A stretch of DNA of 56,402 bases, filler included, from Sphacelaria rigidula (Eukaryota): assembly GCA_964200075.2 (NCBI GenBank). It is 5 parts of 5 records of this genome, joined end to end, with 100 filler letters (N's around TTAATTAATTAA, not from the genome) between each part and the next. Parts side by side here need not be neighbours in the genome. Positions count along the whole stretch, not along the records: positions 33,904 to 45,103 come from CAXNAA020005248.1; positions 45,204 to 56,402 come from CAXNAA020005249.1; 3 more parts are not named here. One strand, written 5' to 3'. Shown here piece by piece: positions 38,659 to 53,139 of this stretch (position 1 is the first letter of the stretch; each line of letters begins with the position of its first letter). Under the pieces are notes generated by a model. It did no database searches and was not told the origin of the DNA. It saw only the letters and a program-made list of their open reading frames with translations. A program made the position numbers and the translations under genes.

Positions 38659-40258
38659 CTCCCTCTGCACGGACCAGCTCCGTGGTTTTGCAAGAGCCCG
38701 CTGTTCTCGTACTACACCGCTTCCTTCCTCACCAAGGTCACGCAAATAACCTTGGAATCATCGGCGTTCTATTGTACACAATTCGGCGGGTCGACGTATA
38801 CCTTGTAAGCTCAACACCTTCGTTGAAGCTCGATAACGTGTCGGAAATTAGTGGCTCAAAATCCCACTTGAATTTCAGTACGAACTGCGCCTAGGTAGTC
38901 ACCTGTCGAATACCGCTATGCCAGAATAAAACGTAGAGATCTCCCGTGCTACGGCATCTCCTGGAATAAAAAAGATACACAAGTGATCTACAGACCAGCG
39001 CAAACAGTTGCAACAGGTTTATGGGGAATACGTGCAGATTCATGCCGCAAACGAAAGAATGTGGCAGAAGTTGAACAAACTTGCAAAACCCCAAGAAGTC
39101 AAAACATTCTTGAAGCAGCTGCATTAAACACCTCGCATCCAAACACTGGACAGTGTTGTGATGGCTTCCAAACACGAAAAGTAAGCTGGTCAGCAGGAAG
39201 TGACACCCAGAACAAGTGCGCATATGGCGTGATATCTGCCTCAAGTGTAACACACAGCAAAAATGTACCCCGAACGCGTGGCAGGAGGCCCAGAGAACTT
39301 GAGTTCGCCAGCAAGACCCAGGTGCGGCGAAACCGCCGTAGTTATCATGTTGCCTTTAGTGATCGTTTCAGTGGCATCTTTCATACTCTTAAAGAGTTCA
39401 TGGCAGCTCTACTCGCACAGCACCTAATGAGGCAGTTTAACTTGTTGTGTGTAGCCAGGATACATCCGCAGAAATGGGCAAGTTACGACGTGATAGAAAC
39501 GCTCATCCCAGATGCAAAGGCTCCCGTGGAGGCGGAACCACGAAAAGCAGAAATGGCATCACTTGCGAGGCTAAGAACACGATCTTGGCTTTTGACGATA
39601 TCTGCGAGCGTTCTTTGCTAGTGTGCGAAGCACCAGCCTATGTATGCTACAATTCACCGCGTGGGTTTCGTGGGATCGCGTTTTCGATTCCAGCATGGGA
39701 AGCGACCATTGCGTTTGCGTACATTTAGTGTTCATAGCTGTCACTCCAGCTGTCGAGAAATATGGACCGTCAGTTTGTGCGCTGCGATGAGTAGAATTGA
39801 GCTGGAGATCGTCGAGGAGGTACCCATGGGCATGTCTAGAGCTTCAGACAGGGGGTGCGCCGGTGCGCTAGCGCCCATCTTGGGCTGGAAATGAGGGCAA
39901 ACACTCCGGGGGCAATGTGGCATGAGCGGCCGCCGTTTTTGTTTTGCACATTTTTTCGCCGAAAAATAAACGGCAGCGTGAAGAAATTCGCCAAACGTGG
40001 CAATACAATACGTGGGATCCGTACGAGCTGGTTCAGGTTGAACGTCCAAAACTCATTCCCCGGGACTTCCTCACACGTTTTTTTCGAGTTAGTCCACGAA
40101 AATCTGCACACATGTTTTTGAGGGCACTATCAAAAACTCGAAGACCGTTTTTTTTGTTGGTGTCGAGATAGTCGGGATCTGACCCCTCCCCCGGTCAAGT
40201 AGGTCAACCGCGACCTTGGATAAAAATCCATCAACACAAAAGATTGATACAAAAATAT

Positions 40259-43200
40259 GGTCTTCGAGTTTTGGATAGTGCCCTCCAGAGCATGTGTGCA
40301 AATTTTCGTGGTCTAACTCGAGAAAACGGCGTGAGGAAATGCCAAAAACGTGCGCTGAAGTATTAAAAAGTATGTAATTACTTCATTAAAGTACAGAATC
40401 GCCCTTTCGGGGGTTGTTCTTCCGGTAAAAGACACAGCCGATTCAGTTTTCCGAGTTGAGCAACGACAATTGGTACATATGATCCATGGAATACCACCTA
40501 ACCCAAAGATATCAAAATTTTGGCGTTGGGGCATTTTGTACGGGTTTCCTGGGATCTTTATGCTGGTACCCCCGGAAGCCGGTAGAGAATGGAGAAACTC
40601 TGAAATCTTGCGAAGAATGCAAATTTTCCATTTGGAGCATCAATACCTACGGAGCTGCCAAGTTTGAGGATGATCTGAGCTTTCCTCCAACAGATAAAAG
40701 GGAAACCGTCTCGAGGCTCTGCGGGTCTTTCTCACGTATCATGAGTGGAAATTAGACGACGTCAGAGCTCCACATCACCGAAACATTACGGTTTTGGGCG
40801 AAATTCGACCCCGTTGGAACCGTTTTCAAAATTGTTTCTCCCGTTAGATTCCCAAGCTGATGACGGTTACTACGGTTTGAATCATGTGGAGATTCGGTGG
40901 AAATTGGGCTTGCAATTCGTGTTTTCAATTTCGAAACAATTTGAAAGGCGCTGATTGATCGAAACATATTTTTGTCCATAGCGCCACCGCTATAGCCTTG
41001 AACAAAAATCCGGCTTTGTCATCCTTTTCGTCTGCTCATTTCGGTCAGACTGATATCACATTGTGCACGTTGGCTGGGTATTGCGTTCGTCATTAGCCGG
41101 GGAAGAAATTTTGGGGATTGAATCTGAACCAGCTCGTATTCGCTGGCGGTAAGACCGTTTCTTAAATCAGTTGGTACTTTTGGGGGGGGGTGGGTGGGGG
41201 GGGTTCCACTCCTGGGACATTTGACATGGCTTCTGGCCGTGAAAATACCGTACCGTAGTGTAATGTCGCTGTCTGTTCCTGTATGCTCTGTACAGACAGC
41301 TATATGCTGCAGTTATGTATTGTTTGTATTGTTACTGCACCGCACACCGTGGGCCATGTGTATCCTGCCTGTGCTGAGATGTGTGCAGCTGTATTTCATG
41401 TACAATGGAAGTTACTCAGGACGCCTCCTGAACTATCATGTGGACTGCACATCGCGCCCCGCCCTTCCGTGGCTTTGTGCTGAACGCGCGCGACTGTTGG
41501 CGGCGCACGCCAAGGAGCAAGTGTAAGCACTTGCGGCGATCTACGAGAACACGATCCGAAAACACACAGCGTCGTACGAGTAATTGTGTTTCGGCGACTT
41601 CACCCTGCTGGAGAGTTGAGAGTCTCCTCAATTGATTTCCCCTGTTTCGCACGCCCCCAGCACCCCATCTCGGCCCGATGTGGAGAAAGAAGTCACGAAA
41701 GTTTGTTCCCCATGTACGAGTAACACGGAGTATTTAAACGGTATGTTGGTCTGGATCCGCTTTGTGCGCGCCGAGAAAGCGTTGGTCGACAAACTTTCGG
41801 TTGCTTCGTCGAACCAGAACTCGTCTCCAGTTTCTTGTTTTTTGTTCCTAACTTGAATCACGAACCGTAATGTTGACGTTGTGTAACCTGGCTTTCGCCA
41901 TGAACAGAAATCTGCGCTCCCGATAAGTTTATTTTTCCCCAAGGACCCCTAGAACAAATATGCAACGACATTGCCTGAAATATTCTGATACAGGGGAAGA
42001 AATTCCCACGTTATGAGTTTCGTTCGCACGGTCGTGCGGCATGATCACCTTGCTGGGCGATGGGAGGGGGGGTGCTATCCCGAGCAGAACGGACAAGTTA
42101 CACCGCCGCCGAGGTGATCGCATTTGATCAATCGATGTCCATTCTCTACGCCACAGCACGTTTCATGTGGCGTTGTCGCCTGGACACGCTTGTCTACGGT
42201 AACCCCAAGCGAATCATTCTGGTCACAAAAGAGCCGTGGGCACGATCGTGCCAATATTGCTGTAGGGTCTCCGCATGTGTTGTTGCAGCACGTACCTGGT
42301 GTCCCAGCGGCACCAGCAGCAGCTTCATCACCCACGCTTTCGAAAGTACCACCATCTGTGCCGGTAGGCAGCCACGGTAACGCCAGTGGGATGGAAATTT
42401 ACCGTGAGTGGTAGCAGTACTCTGGGTCGGGGATGTTCCAGGAGTTGATTACGCCATGGCTACAGGATGCTGCCACGAGATGACATGGCACTGAAGTAGC
42501 GACGCATAGGGGGTGGTATCTTGTGTCATGGCGGTTACAGACCTCAGATCTCTGTGGTTTTTGTAAGTCGATCTACGTAGATTGCGAAGATGTTCCTTGT
42601 AGGACCCGTACCAGCATGGCCGGTATGGATTTCCGTGCTGGCCCGGACCCGTACGCCCCCCGTAATTCCTCATCTTTTATACTGATGGATATTGGTAATA
42701 CTGCGTATTTTGCAGCCTGATACTGGCGGGCACTGGCGATACTGGGTATTTTTGCCTACTAATACTGGTGGATTGTGGCGATACTGAGTATTTCGCAGCT
42801 CCACACAGTGCCCAACAGTTGAGAGCGGCCACGTCGTGGGCACACAGAAATCGACTTCACGGTCGACGAGGGAAAGGGAGTGCTGGACCCCTCTCTCGAT
42901 GAAAAAAGGCAAGCACCGCAGAAGAAAGGTGGAGAACTAACACAATTGGCAAATCGAAGATGTACCGGGACAGAATCTGCTTATTTGAATTAGCGGGCGA
43001 AGGCCGCATCACGAGCCAAACCTCCCACACACAGATTACGGTAACCCGAAGTGAATTGACAGAAGCGCGACTGTGGCCGAGTGTTCCAACTCGGCACTGG
43101 CCCAAAATTGAAGACCTATCCACGATCAGACGGGGGACTAAAGCATGGGACACGTCCTGTTTCACTTCTGTACCGCAGCAAAAACACTCAAGCCTTCCCT

Positions 43201-44430
43201 CATGTGTTGTTGGAGCTTCCACTGTCTGTTATGTTGTGGTGTCAACGCATTGCGAAGACGGTTTGGATTGCATGAACTGCGATATTGTCATTGTGTTCGT
43301 CTCTCCAGAAAATAATGTTAGTTGGCACGCAGTGCTGGCTGCACACTGTTGAAAGCTACATGGGTGAGTAGACTGTTTCGTCTTCGGTAAGACGAACAAC
43401 GCGCTGCCCGTTGCTGCGACACCCCTGCTGGTGCCGTGTGTTGGGCGCCTGTACTGTACCGTACTGTTGTACTCGTACTGTGTTCGGTGTACAATACTGT
43501 ATTATCTATGATATTGTGTTTGTCTGAAACGCGCTACGAGTTAGACCGCGCAACAGTTGGTTGTAGAATACTCCCCCGGCGATTCCCAAGCGAGATGGAG
43601 CGATATGATTGGTAAGTTACTGAGCGATCTGTCCCGCTCCAAATGTAGTCTGCCAAACAAATAGAAATGAAAAACTCCGGTGTTGTTTTCTCTCCTGTGA
43701 CCCCGGCTATTATAGTGCGCCCATTTTGCCTCGTAATATTGGTGGATACTGGCTACAAGGTGCTTCAGATTGAATACTCGTACCAAAAATTTATTCCCCG
43801 GCTAATAATGACGAACGCAATACCCAGCCAACGTGCACAATGTGGTATCATACTGACCGCAATGAACAGACGAAAAGGGTGACATAGCCGGATTTTTGTT
43901 CAAGGCTACATACAGCATAGCGGTGGCGCTATGGACAAAAATAAGTCTCGACCAATCAGCGCTTTTCAAATTGTTTCGATATTGGAAACACGACTTGTTG
44001 GAGAAAAGCTCAGATCATCCTCAAACTTGGCAGTTCCGTAGGTATTGATGCTCCAAATGGAAAATTTGCATTCTTCGCAAGATTTCAGAGTTTCTCCATT
44101 CTCTACCGGCTTCCGGGGGTACCAGCATAAAGATCCCAGGAAACCCGTACAAAATGCCTCAACGCCAAAATTTTGATATCTTTGGGTTAGGTGGTATTCC
44201 ATGGATCATATGTACCAATTTTCGTTGCTCAACTCGGAAAACTGAATCGGCTGTGTCTTTTACCGGAAGAACAACCTCCAAAAGGGCGATTCTGTACTTT
44301 AATGAAGTAATTTCATACTTTTTAATACTTCAGCGCACGTTTTTGGCATTTCCTCACGCCGTTTTCTCGACTTAGACCACGAAAATTTGCACACATGCTC
44401 TGGAGGGCACTGTCTAAAACTCGAACACCG
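40259..44430. mobile_element. Long inverted-repeat element (arms 40259-41140 and about 43763-44430)
   Basis: Arms are near-identical reverse complements; the ORF track shows the same peptides on opposite strands. The right arm lacks about 40692-40917. No TSD identified. Confidence 0.7.
42808..42935 (+). mobile_element. SINE-like element, internal fragment
   Basis: gtgcccaacagt..ggtcgacgagggaaagggagtgctggacccctctctcgat..aaggcaagcaccgcag matches the SINE body. Confidence 0.65.
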
Positions 44431-45103
44431 TTTTTCATCTTATGCATATAGGTAATGAAAACCAAACTTTCTAGCTTTCACAGGTCTTGCGAAATCAGTG
44501 CAGTCTGTTAGCGTGACCACCACTGCGCAGACGGGAGGTAGCTATGACCCGGCTTGCCTGGCGTACTGCCGACAGCGTCGCGTGAAAGCCGCAAGACCCT
44601 TGGTGTCGGCGGTTGATGGCGTGGGTCTCGAATGCAACGACATGCGGTTGATCGTAGAGCACTCTCGTCTCTCCTTTCGAGTTGTGATAATCCATGATCT
44701 CCTGACATCGGAATAATTATTACCTATGGGAAGGAAGTCGTGCTGTACCGAGCTGTCGACGCGACCACCGTACGTGTGCTGCAGATTGCTTCTGCGCCAC
44801 GCTAGCAACACTTAGGTCACCACCATAGTTTTTTTTTTTTCACTCTGCATGTCAAGAAGGTCCCTACAAGTGTTTGATCTCTCACGCACACACACCCCAA
44901 CTGGCGTGTCGTCAAGCAACCCGTTGGCGGGAGGAGGAGGTTGGGGAGAGTCAAGGATGAATAACACCCCCTAAGTTCAAATTTGATCTATCTGTTATTG
45001 CCGCAGCACCGCCCTTGCTGGCATGTGTGTGACAGAGTACAGTAGTAGCGGTGACGGGAACATTGCCCTGTTTTTCAACGACATGTTCTTCAGTGTACAG
45101 ACG

Positions 45104-45203
45104 NNNNNNNNNNNNNNNNNNNNNNNNNNNNNNNNNNNNNNNNNNNNTTAATTAATTAANNNNNNNNNNNNNNNNNNNNNNNNNNNNNNNNNNNNNNNNN
45201 NNN
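45104..45203. other. Artificial contig linker
   Basis: 100-bp N-TTAATTAATTAA-N spacer. Confidence 0.98.
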
Positions 45204-47054
45204 TTTGAGCAGATGTGCACCTTCCCCTTGATTGGACGATTAATACGATATGCGGATCACGGCCCAACTCGTCTGCGTCGAAGAGATATTGCTTGTAGAG
45301 CTTAAATCCGTATTTAGACTGGCCCAGCACGTAGGTCATCTGTTAAATCGGCACCAATTTCACTTTAAAAATTTGCATGATCCAGATGGACTGCAGTCGC
45401 GGTCTAATGAGGGTTAACGCTTTGAGCCCGAGGGTAGGTCACGTGCTGAATCGGGATCAATATTCACTTGAAAAAAGTATTCATGATCCAGATGGACTAC
45501 CCGCACCGCGGTCTAAGGGTTGAGATGGGCTCTACGATGGGCCTCTTTAGCCTCTGCCAGACGATCTGGACATGAGGTATCATTTGGGTACAGCCCCTAA
45601 CTAAGCTGATTTCGATTGCTCGAGCTCAAGATGAGGTCCCCCATCTCCTACCATCCACAGTAGAATCGGGAGAAGAGGTGATGCATCACAGGTGGATATT
45701 TTGCCCTCGCCGAAGGGTATATTATGAAGGCGGCACCATGAGGGGGTCTGTAAAGGGTCCCCACAGGTTCGTAAGAGGGTTCCATACCCTGTAGAGGGTC
45801 GCCACAGGATTGTTAGAGGGCTTTCATACCTTGTAGCTGGTAGAGAGTGGCCACAGGGTCTCCACCCTAAAAAAAAGTGTTCCGGGGGTGTAGCAAAGTG
45901 TCCACTACAGTATATATGACCCACCATATGTTCCTTCATCGAAAGGCGGCAGCAAGAGGCCAAAGCGGAACTTGAATACGAGTACTCACCATCAGATTTA
46001 ACAACGGTTCTGTACAGAGTGCGTGCCCGAAGCTTTCGAAATGCAGACATTTGCTCATCATTGCAGGGAATCCGGCATCACATGAAGACAACCAGCGACG
46101 AAGACGAAGACGCCCGCGCGCATCCACGAAACAAACAATAAAAAATGATAGCCTGACGTCACAAGATCAGTTATAGTGCAAATAGAGGTGCCTCAATCGG
46201 GCAGGTTTTGTTCCGGTCTGATAGACCGGCAATTCATACATGAGACACCCGGTAATGCTACATGAAGCTCATTATCGTACAGAATGCGCAGGCATTGCGG
46301 TAGGACAGGGCTGCCGTGTTATGGGCAACAAACAGGCCCACACTGAGCCACGATCTATGTGCCGGGCGGTCGGAATGTGACGGTTTCAACTCATCCCACA
46401 CACATGCAAAATAAAGCCAGTTTCCCGGTGACTCATTTATAGTCAATGTCATACCCGTCGCTCATTGGCTTATTTTGTTCCGGTCATCATGAAATATGAC
46501 GTCATATGACCGTTAACACACCGCGTGTCCCTTTGATCTTGCGGAGCGGTTTCTCCCTGTGAGTACCATGCGCCCGAGAAGTCGGCGCAGTACTCATCCA
46601 CATGACACGAGTGCGGCGTCATGCTATGTGTAATGTAAAGAGCGCGATGGCTATCCACTTTTAAAGATGACCCAGCTCTTTGGGGGGATTTTGTTTGCGG
46701 GGTGTTGCCTCCAATCAAGACGCTGCTGTATACTCACGTCACAGGTACACGCACTGGTCGGAACGAGTAGCCCAAAAACACGTATGTGTTTCGAGGAACC
46801 GGCACTAAGAAAAGCGCCTACGAGGCAAAATTAATGAAATAGACAAGAACACCTCTCCGCGCTATTGCAGCAAAAAACTAACGAAGTGCACCTGGGATCC
46901 AAGCAGCACGCATTGACTCTGTAGGTACCGTCTCTACCACGCGACTTCACGCATTCGTGCAATATCAAACGGAGGCGACAAGAGCAACACATTTAAAGTA
47001 ACGCATTGAGCTGTACTCGGTTCATCGACGTTTTTCCAGCCAACGAGGCGAAAT

Positions 47055-50000
47055 ATGGCATCCACGGCGGTGGGCGGCATGTTTGGCGACAATGAGGAAG
47101 ACGGGGTTGGGCCCTTGGTCATGGCCGAGGACGGAGAGGAATGGTTTCCATTTACACTGGATAACTTGGAAGGAATAGATGACGATGGGGATTGTCCTCC
47201 GCTAAATGCCATGGAGGAGGTTAGTAGATCGTTTTGCGTTTTTTCGATAGCTGTTGTCTTTTCATCATCGCCCATTCGAGTGTAGCCAACTACGCGTCCC
47301 TACCAACAACCCACTCGGGTTTCATCGATACGTCTTCGTTGTTGCCTTTTGCTCCAAGTACAGTGGGGGCGGGCGGGGGGGGGGGGGTAGTGTTGCCGAA
47401 AGTGACACACATGCTCTGTGTATTACCGTGCATTTAGGTTTTTGGGGGGCACGGGCGGGGGGGGCAAAGCAAGAGAAAAAATCATCCAAGGCCCCCTTTG
47501 AAATCGTCGTGGGAAATTAGAACTGTCGACCGTTCTGCATCATAGACTCGGCGCTGGGCCTTGAATTTTTGGGGTTCAACCCGGCAAATACGTACTTCAT
47601 TTTTGTGCGTTGCTTTGGTTCTCGAGGAAGCCATAACCCTCATAGTGCTGCTCAGCAATGAGGAGCTCTGGGGCTCAAGCGTCCATGCACAGATGTGGTT
47701 TTGATAATATTGATATGCTGCACGGGTGTTGCCCAGGGCGTTTCAGTCCTTGATGTGGAACGTTTGGATGAAGCATTTTCTTCCGTGTGTGTGTGCTGCA
47801 GCACCCAAAAAATGCGCAGGAGATCTTTAGCTGACCGAACCCTCTACTGTCTGTGTTTTGCGTTCCGCGGTAGAGGGGGGTGTTGGGTTCCCCTGCGAGT
47901 ATCGGGAGCGCCGTGGCGGACGTACTCCGGAGACAGCTTGTTTTTCGGTGTCAGACTCGTGCCTACGGGATCATTTCCTGTGTATCTGCACTACTGTGCT
48001 GTTGTCTGTACTGCGTCTTGTAATTATCACAACTGCCTTGTCATCTCGACAACAACATGCACGGTCGGTTCATATTGTGCCGTAACATAATCTTGTCTGT
48101 AAATGGGATGTTGAAGTTTTCTCTCGCTTGGTCTGTGCCTCCTCCGCCCGCTTTTTTTGTTGCCCACGCCCCAGTTACGGGACCTGCGTGCTTCTACAAC
48201 AATAATGCACATCCCCTGAAAAAATACCACACACTATTAAACATCCCCCGCTAGACACACAACGAAGTGTAATGGCCCGTCTCAACGTCTTACTGCATCG
48301 AAACCGCTTGCGCACCGCAGCGAACATTCCCAAGTCCCCGAGTCCTTCCCCCCCGACAAGGCACGGTTGCTCCCGGTGATTTGCGTGGGCAGTAACAGTA
48401 TTTCCGCCGCTCCCATACCCTTGATATTTCTGTACCGTACGTTCGACTGACCCTTCCCTTCGTCCTCATCGATCATCCCTGCCTCGCGGGAAACCCGCCT
48501 GTTGCGAACTTTCAACTGTGCAGGAAGCAGCGGACTACGGTCAAACAGATTCCGATAATGACATCGATTCAAACTCTCCTCGGGCTGGGGCGTCGGGACC
48601 GGGACCACCCGACTCGCGTGCCGGCGGGGGTAGCAAGGGAGGAGGAGGCGTCGGCGGAGGTAGCGTTGGCGCGGGAGGCGGGGGCAAATACGCTAAGAAG
48701 CGTGCACGTAGCGACGGTAGCTGTAGCTCTCGCGAAATGTCCGAGCGAGGAGAAGCGAGGAGGGGTGGAGGGGAAAGCGAAGAAATGGCCGCGCTGCCCG
48801 ATGCGAGCGGTGGTGAGGTGGGCGGTGGTGAGAACAGCGTCAGGGGAGCTAGAGGGAGGCAGGACTCGATGAAGCGGCCTTTATCCGGAGGACTGCAGGC
48901 ACTGCTAGTCCCACCGCCGAAGATGAGGCTTGATAGGGTCAAGCCAGACGCGAAGGAGGTGAGGAAAGACTGCGGCGTGTGGTACTCTCCAGAACAGGGC
49001 AGTGGAGTGCAGTACAGAGTGTTTCGATGGTGCAGCGGTTGGTGTTGGCCTGCTTTCTGTGTGGCGTGCTTTTTGTTATTGCCCCCAATATAGCCCCCCC
49101 CCTTCCGTTCGCGGGACGAATCTGAAGTCTCCGGGGGTAAATCTATCTTTCCCACGCGATGCCAGCTTCTTTGCACTGTGGATGCTATCGAGCATTGAGC
49201 GTAGCGCTCGTTCAGCCCGTCCGCTTGACTTGTGTGCCAAATATTGCGGGGGGTATGCATTCCTGCCCAACGAGGGTCATAGAGTGCCATCAACGTTTTG
49301 TTGCGATTGTACCAGGGGGACTCGTAGATTCGAAATTATTGACCTCCTCCCCCCCGCTCCCCCCTTACGCCACCCATTCACCGGGCGGACTTCATATTTT
49401 TTCTGTCACTCATAAGTTGACGAATAGTGCAGTATTTCGGTATCTCATTTGTGTGTCTGGTGGGTTTTCCTCCATGCATGATACCGTGTACCTGGTAAGT
49501 TGCAATATCTTGCTGTCAATCTCTTATCTCCATGAGCGTTGCGGAGGTCAAGGGTTGTAAATTTGGGGGGGAAGTGGGGGAGGCCATTTACACCGAATCT
49601 ACGCCACAACATACTTGGAATTGAGTGCAGGGATTCAGGGGCCCTAAGATATCATTCACTGAACATCATTTCCCTCCCTCCCTCTTCTCCCAAAGCATCA
49701 AATGGCAACTTTTGGGACTAAGGTTTCTTTGTTCGAATCTACCGAGCCGGCTGGTTGGGTGTGTGTATTTGTCGTCGCATAGAGATCGAGATCGAGAAAA
49801 ATACGGTCAGGGCAGATGCTTTTCTCGCTCTCCGCATTCATGACGCCCGTGGGGAACGCTGACCGTGCGGAACTTCATCTGGCGCTTTGTTTTAATCTTT
49901 TCTCTCTTTTGTTCTGCTTACATACCGGCAGCAGCGGAAATGCCGCGCGCAACAGCCACAGCTGCGCCGCCTACCTCATTTGTTGCAAGTACGCAGTGCA

Positions 50001-53000
50001 CGTGCCCTGCATATATTTGAGTATCGCGTCATGAGTCTATGCAAGAACAACGGGAGGTTCGACTTCATCCGTGTATCGTCTTTTGTCCACGGGTCGGTCG
50101 TGTCATGGGCGGCCAATTATTTTCGCTGTAGAGCGATGAACACGCTCGAGCAATGTTTAGAACCTGCCGTTTCTCTCATCTCCAGGCTAAAATATCTTGT
50201 CGCTATACTGTATGCCGTATTCATTGCTGTTTGTCTACCGCGATTTCTCTCAACTGGAACAAAAGGGCACTATTTTTTTTTTGTGGGCACCCCGGCCCCT
50301 CATCAGCGGTGCAGTTCGTCTGTCGTCAGAACCCGTTTTCCAGAAACTTGAACGTTGTTGATTCCATGTGCGTAAACACCGCAATTCTCGTGCTACAGTC
50401 CTTGCTGCTCTCCACTCGCAGCTCGTCACGTTTCTCCAAAATGTTGCAAATATTGCGAAGGGTTGGTCGGCTAAGTTCTGAACGAATTACTCCTTCAATT
50501 CAATTCCGGTTGCGCCTGGTGAGGATTGGCTTTGCATCCGATAAAAAACAAGTGTCTTCGGTGTGCAAGTTGAGCGAATTGAATCCCAACCCACGTACCC
50601 CAGATCAAGCCACTCTGGATGTTTTATGTAAATTCTTGCTCGAAGTTCTGTCCTGAGCGACGGTCGTATATATTACCGTGGACACTATTTTATATCTCAT
50701 CAACCATACCAATGATCATACTCCCCATACTGGGTCCCTGGTTTCGGAGGCTTAATCCTCCCACATCATTTTCGCACCCTTTGCCCCCTTCCCCCATGTA
50801 GGTGCACGGGGCGGCGCAGGAACAACGGAGACTTGAGCATATGATGAGGGCAGAGACGCAAGCGCAGGCAAAACGCAGCAATCCCAACCGCGGCGGTAGC
50901 GTCGGCGGCGGACGAACAGCCGAGTCCAAGGGTCGGCAGCGGGCGGCAGCGATGGGGAACAACGGCGTGCCGGGAGATTCGCAGGGCACAGGAACTGCGA
51001 CAGGTAGGAAAGATAGCTGGGGCAGCGACGGGGTGAAGTCGAGGTCGCGCGGAAAGTCATCCACTTCATCTCCAACAACATCGGTGGCAACTGATGCCGC
51101 CGACGGTACGGGACGCGGCGATAGTGGCGGTGGGGGGCGATCGGATAGCAAGATGAACAACGTGCAAAACCGAAGACGGCTAGAACGGAATGCCCGCGAG
51201 CAAAAGCGGTCGCTCAAGATCAGCCAGCGTATCGAGGACTTGCGGCGCATGCTGAGTCAGTTCGGGGTGGATGTGAAGACGTCCAAGTCTGCCGTGCTAT
51301 CCGAAGCGACAGAGTATATCGCCCACCTGCAGCGCCAGCAGGTGCACTTCGAGGCGGAGCGCGCGCGGATGCTGCAGCTTCTTCATCAGGCCAATCAGCG
51401 CAACGGTGCCGCCGGTACCTCGGCAGCCCCCGCAGGGTCAGCCCCGGCGACTGGGATGGGAGGAGAGGGTACCACCGGGGCAGTGGACAATGCCGGCGAG
51501 GGTATGACTGCTTCCACTACTACGGCGACGGACCAGTCTTGGTCGACTCAGTCGGCTGCGACCTCGGGATTCTCTTGGACGAGTCGTCCTGCTGGGTCTT
51601 CGGCGGGGGACAGCGCCGGCGAGGAAGCTAATGCGCGCGGCATCGGCGCTTCCGACGGCGGCGGCGCCCTCGGCGGCGATGGAGGTAGCGGAATTGCCAT
51701 CAAACCGGAAGCTCAAGAAGTGTGCTTTTCGAGCGGCGGTGTAGCCAATGGACAAGCACAAGGGGCGACGAATGCGCTACTTGTAGATCATAAACTGAAT
51801 CAAGAGCAAGGAGAGCGACGAGAACAATCGATCGCGGCAGCAGAACCAGCGTCAACATTAACAGCTGCGGCGGCAGTGGAGGCGGTGGCGTTACCACAAG
51901 ACGGCGCCGCTCAGGGTTCCGTCGGCGCGTGTTCCCTCCCGTGCGATGTCCCCGGATTCCCCGAATTGCCATCGGCACGGGGTGCAGCGACGGGCACGCA
52001 GGCGTCAGCGGGTGGCATACTGCTTCCGGGCGGAGCCGTGGATCAAATTCGTTCTGCTGGTGGCGGGGGTGGAAGTGGGGGCGGGGGGACAATACAGCAA
52101 ATGGCTTCGGCCGTCAGTGTCGGTGGGGTTGGGACCGTGGCTCCGCCGCCGCCGATGGCCCTGGAGGTGGCCACGGCCCGAGCGCTGTCGCACGTGAATT
52201 ACGAGCGGGTTTTCCGGACTTCGTCAGTGCCCATGGCCATCGCGAACGTGAACGGGAACCTGGTGGACTGCAATACACGGTTGACGCTGGCTACTGGGTT
52301 CCAGAGGGAGGAGGTGTTGTTCATGACGATCTTCGATCTCGTGGCGGATCCTTTCCTGCAGCATACCTTCAGGTGAGACGAATGCCTTTACTTCTATTTT
52401 ACCTTCCTTGCTGTTGTTTCGGGGGGAAATTGCGGGGATGGGGAGAAAGAGTCTTTTCTGGCGTTTTTTGTTCGTTTGTTTTGCGTCTGTCCACCCGTCC
52501 GTTCATCCGTGGCGACCTTTCTTTGCTTTGAGGAGAAGAGGGGATCTCAGATCTCGCGGGAGACCTTTCGAGGCTTGGACTTGAGAAGAGAACGATTAAC
52601 GCGCCCTTGTCCACGAATGTTTGCACACACACATACTGCAGTATTTACCAAGTATTTTTAGTGTCACGTGTTGTGTGAATGCTGAGGTTCTTTCTTTGGT
52701 AGCTCAAGAGAAGATAGATCGTGCCACGCCGAGGCTTGGGCACTGTGAAGGCTCACACCATGTTCTACCCGCGACACCGACACCCCCCCTGCCCCCCTTC
52801 CCTTCTACCTCCATTCACTCTTGCCCCTTACGTCTCCGCAGCATGATCAGCTCCATCCTGAACCTTCCCGGTGTGGCCAATCCCCCGTTTTTCCAAGTTC
52901 TCGGCAAACGCCGTGACGGGAGCCACGGGGGCGTGGTTCAGGTGTCGGTCGTCCAAGACACCACCCTCCGACCACTGCACTTTTCCATTTGCATATTGAA

Positions 53001-53139
53001 CAGCACGGTCGCCGCCACCGGCGGCGGGTTCATGGCGGCAGGATCTGCAAGAAGCGCCTCACCAGCAGGCGTTTTGGCCGCCCCTTCCTTGAGGATGTCT
53101 GGTAGTGGTGCGGGTATAGGAGGGGGTGGTCCCTCGTAA
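47055..53139 (+). CDS. bHLH-PAS transcription factor (stramenopile single-PAS type), ~822 aa
   Basis: Exons 47055-47219, 48524-48958, 50802-52372 and 52842-53139 with GT-AG boundaries and matching phases (0, 0, 2). bHLH: RRRLERNAREQKRSLKISQRIEDLRRML..SKSAVLSEATEYIAHLQ. PAS: YERVFRTSSVPMAIANVNGNLVDCNTRLTLATGFQREEV..TIFDLV. The first two exons are less certain than the last two. Confidence 0.88.

Noticed and set aside
40313-44375. Duplicated peptides MPQRQNFDIF.. and MEYHLTQRYQ.. on opposite strands
   Set aside because: By-products of the inverted repeat, with no protein-like features.
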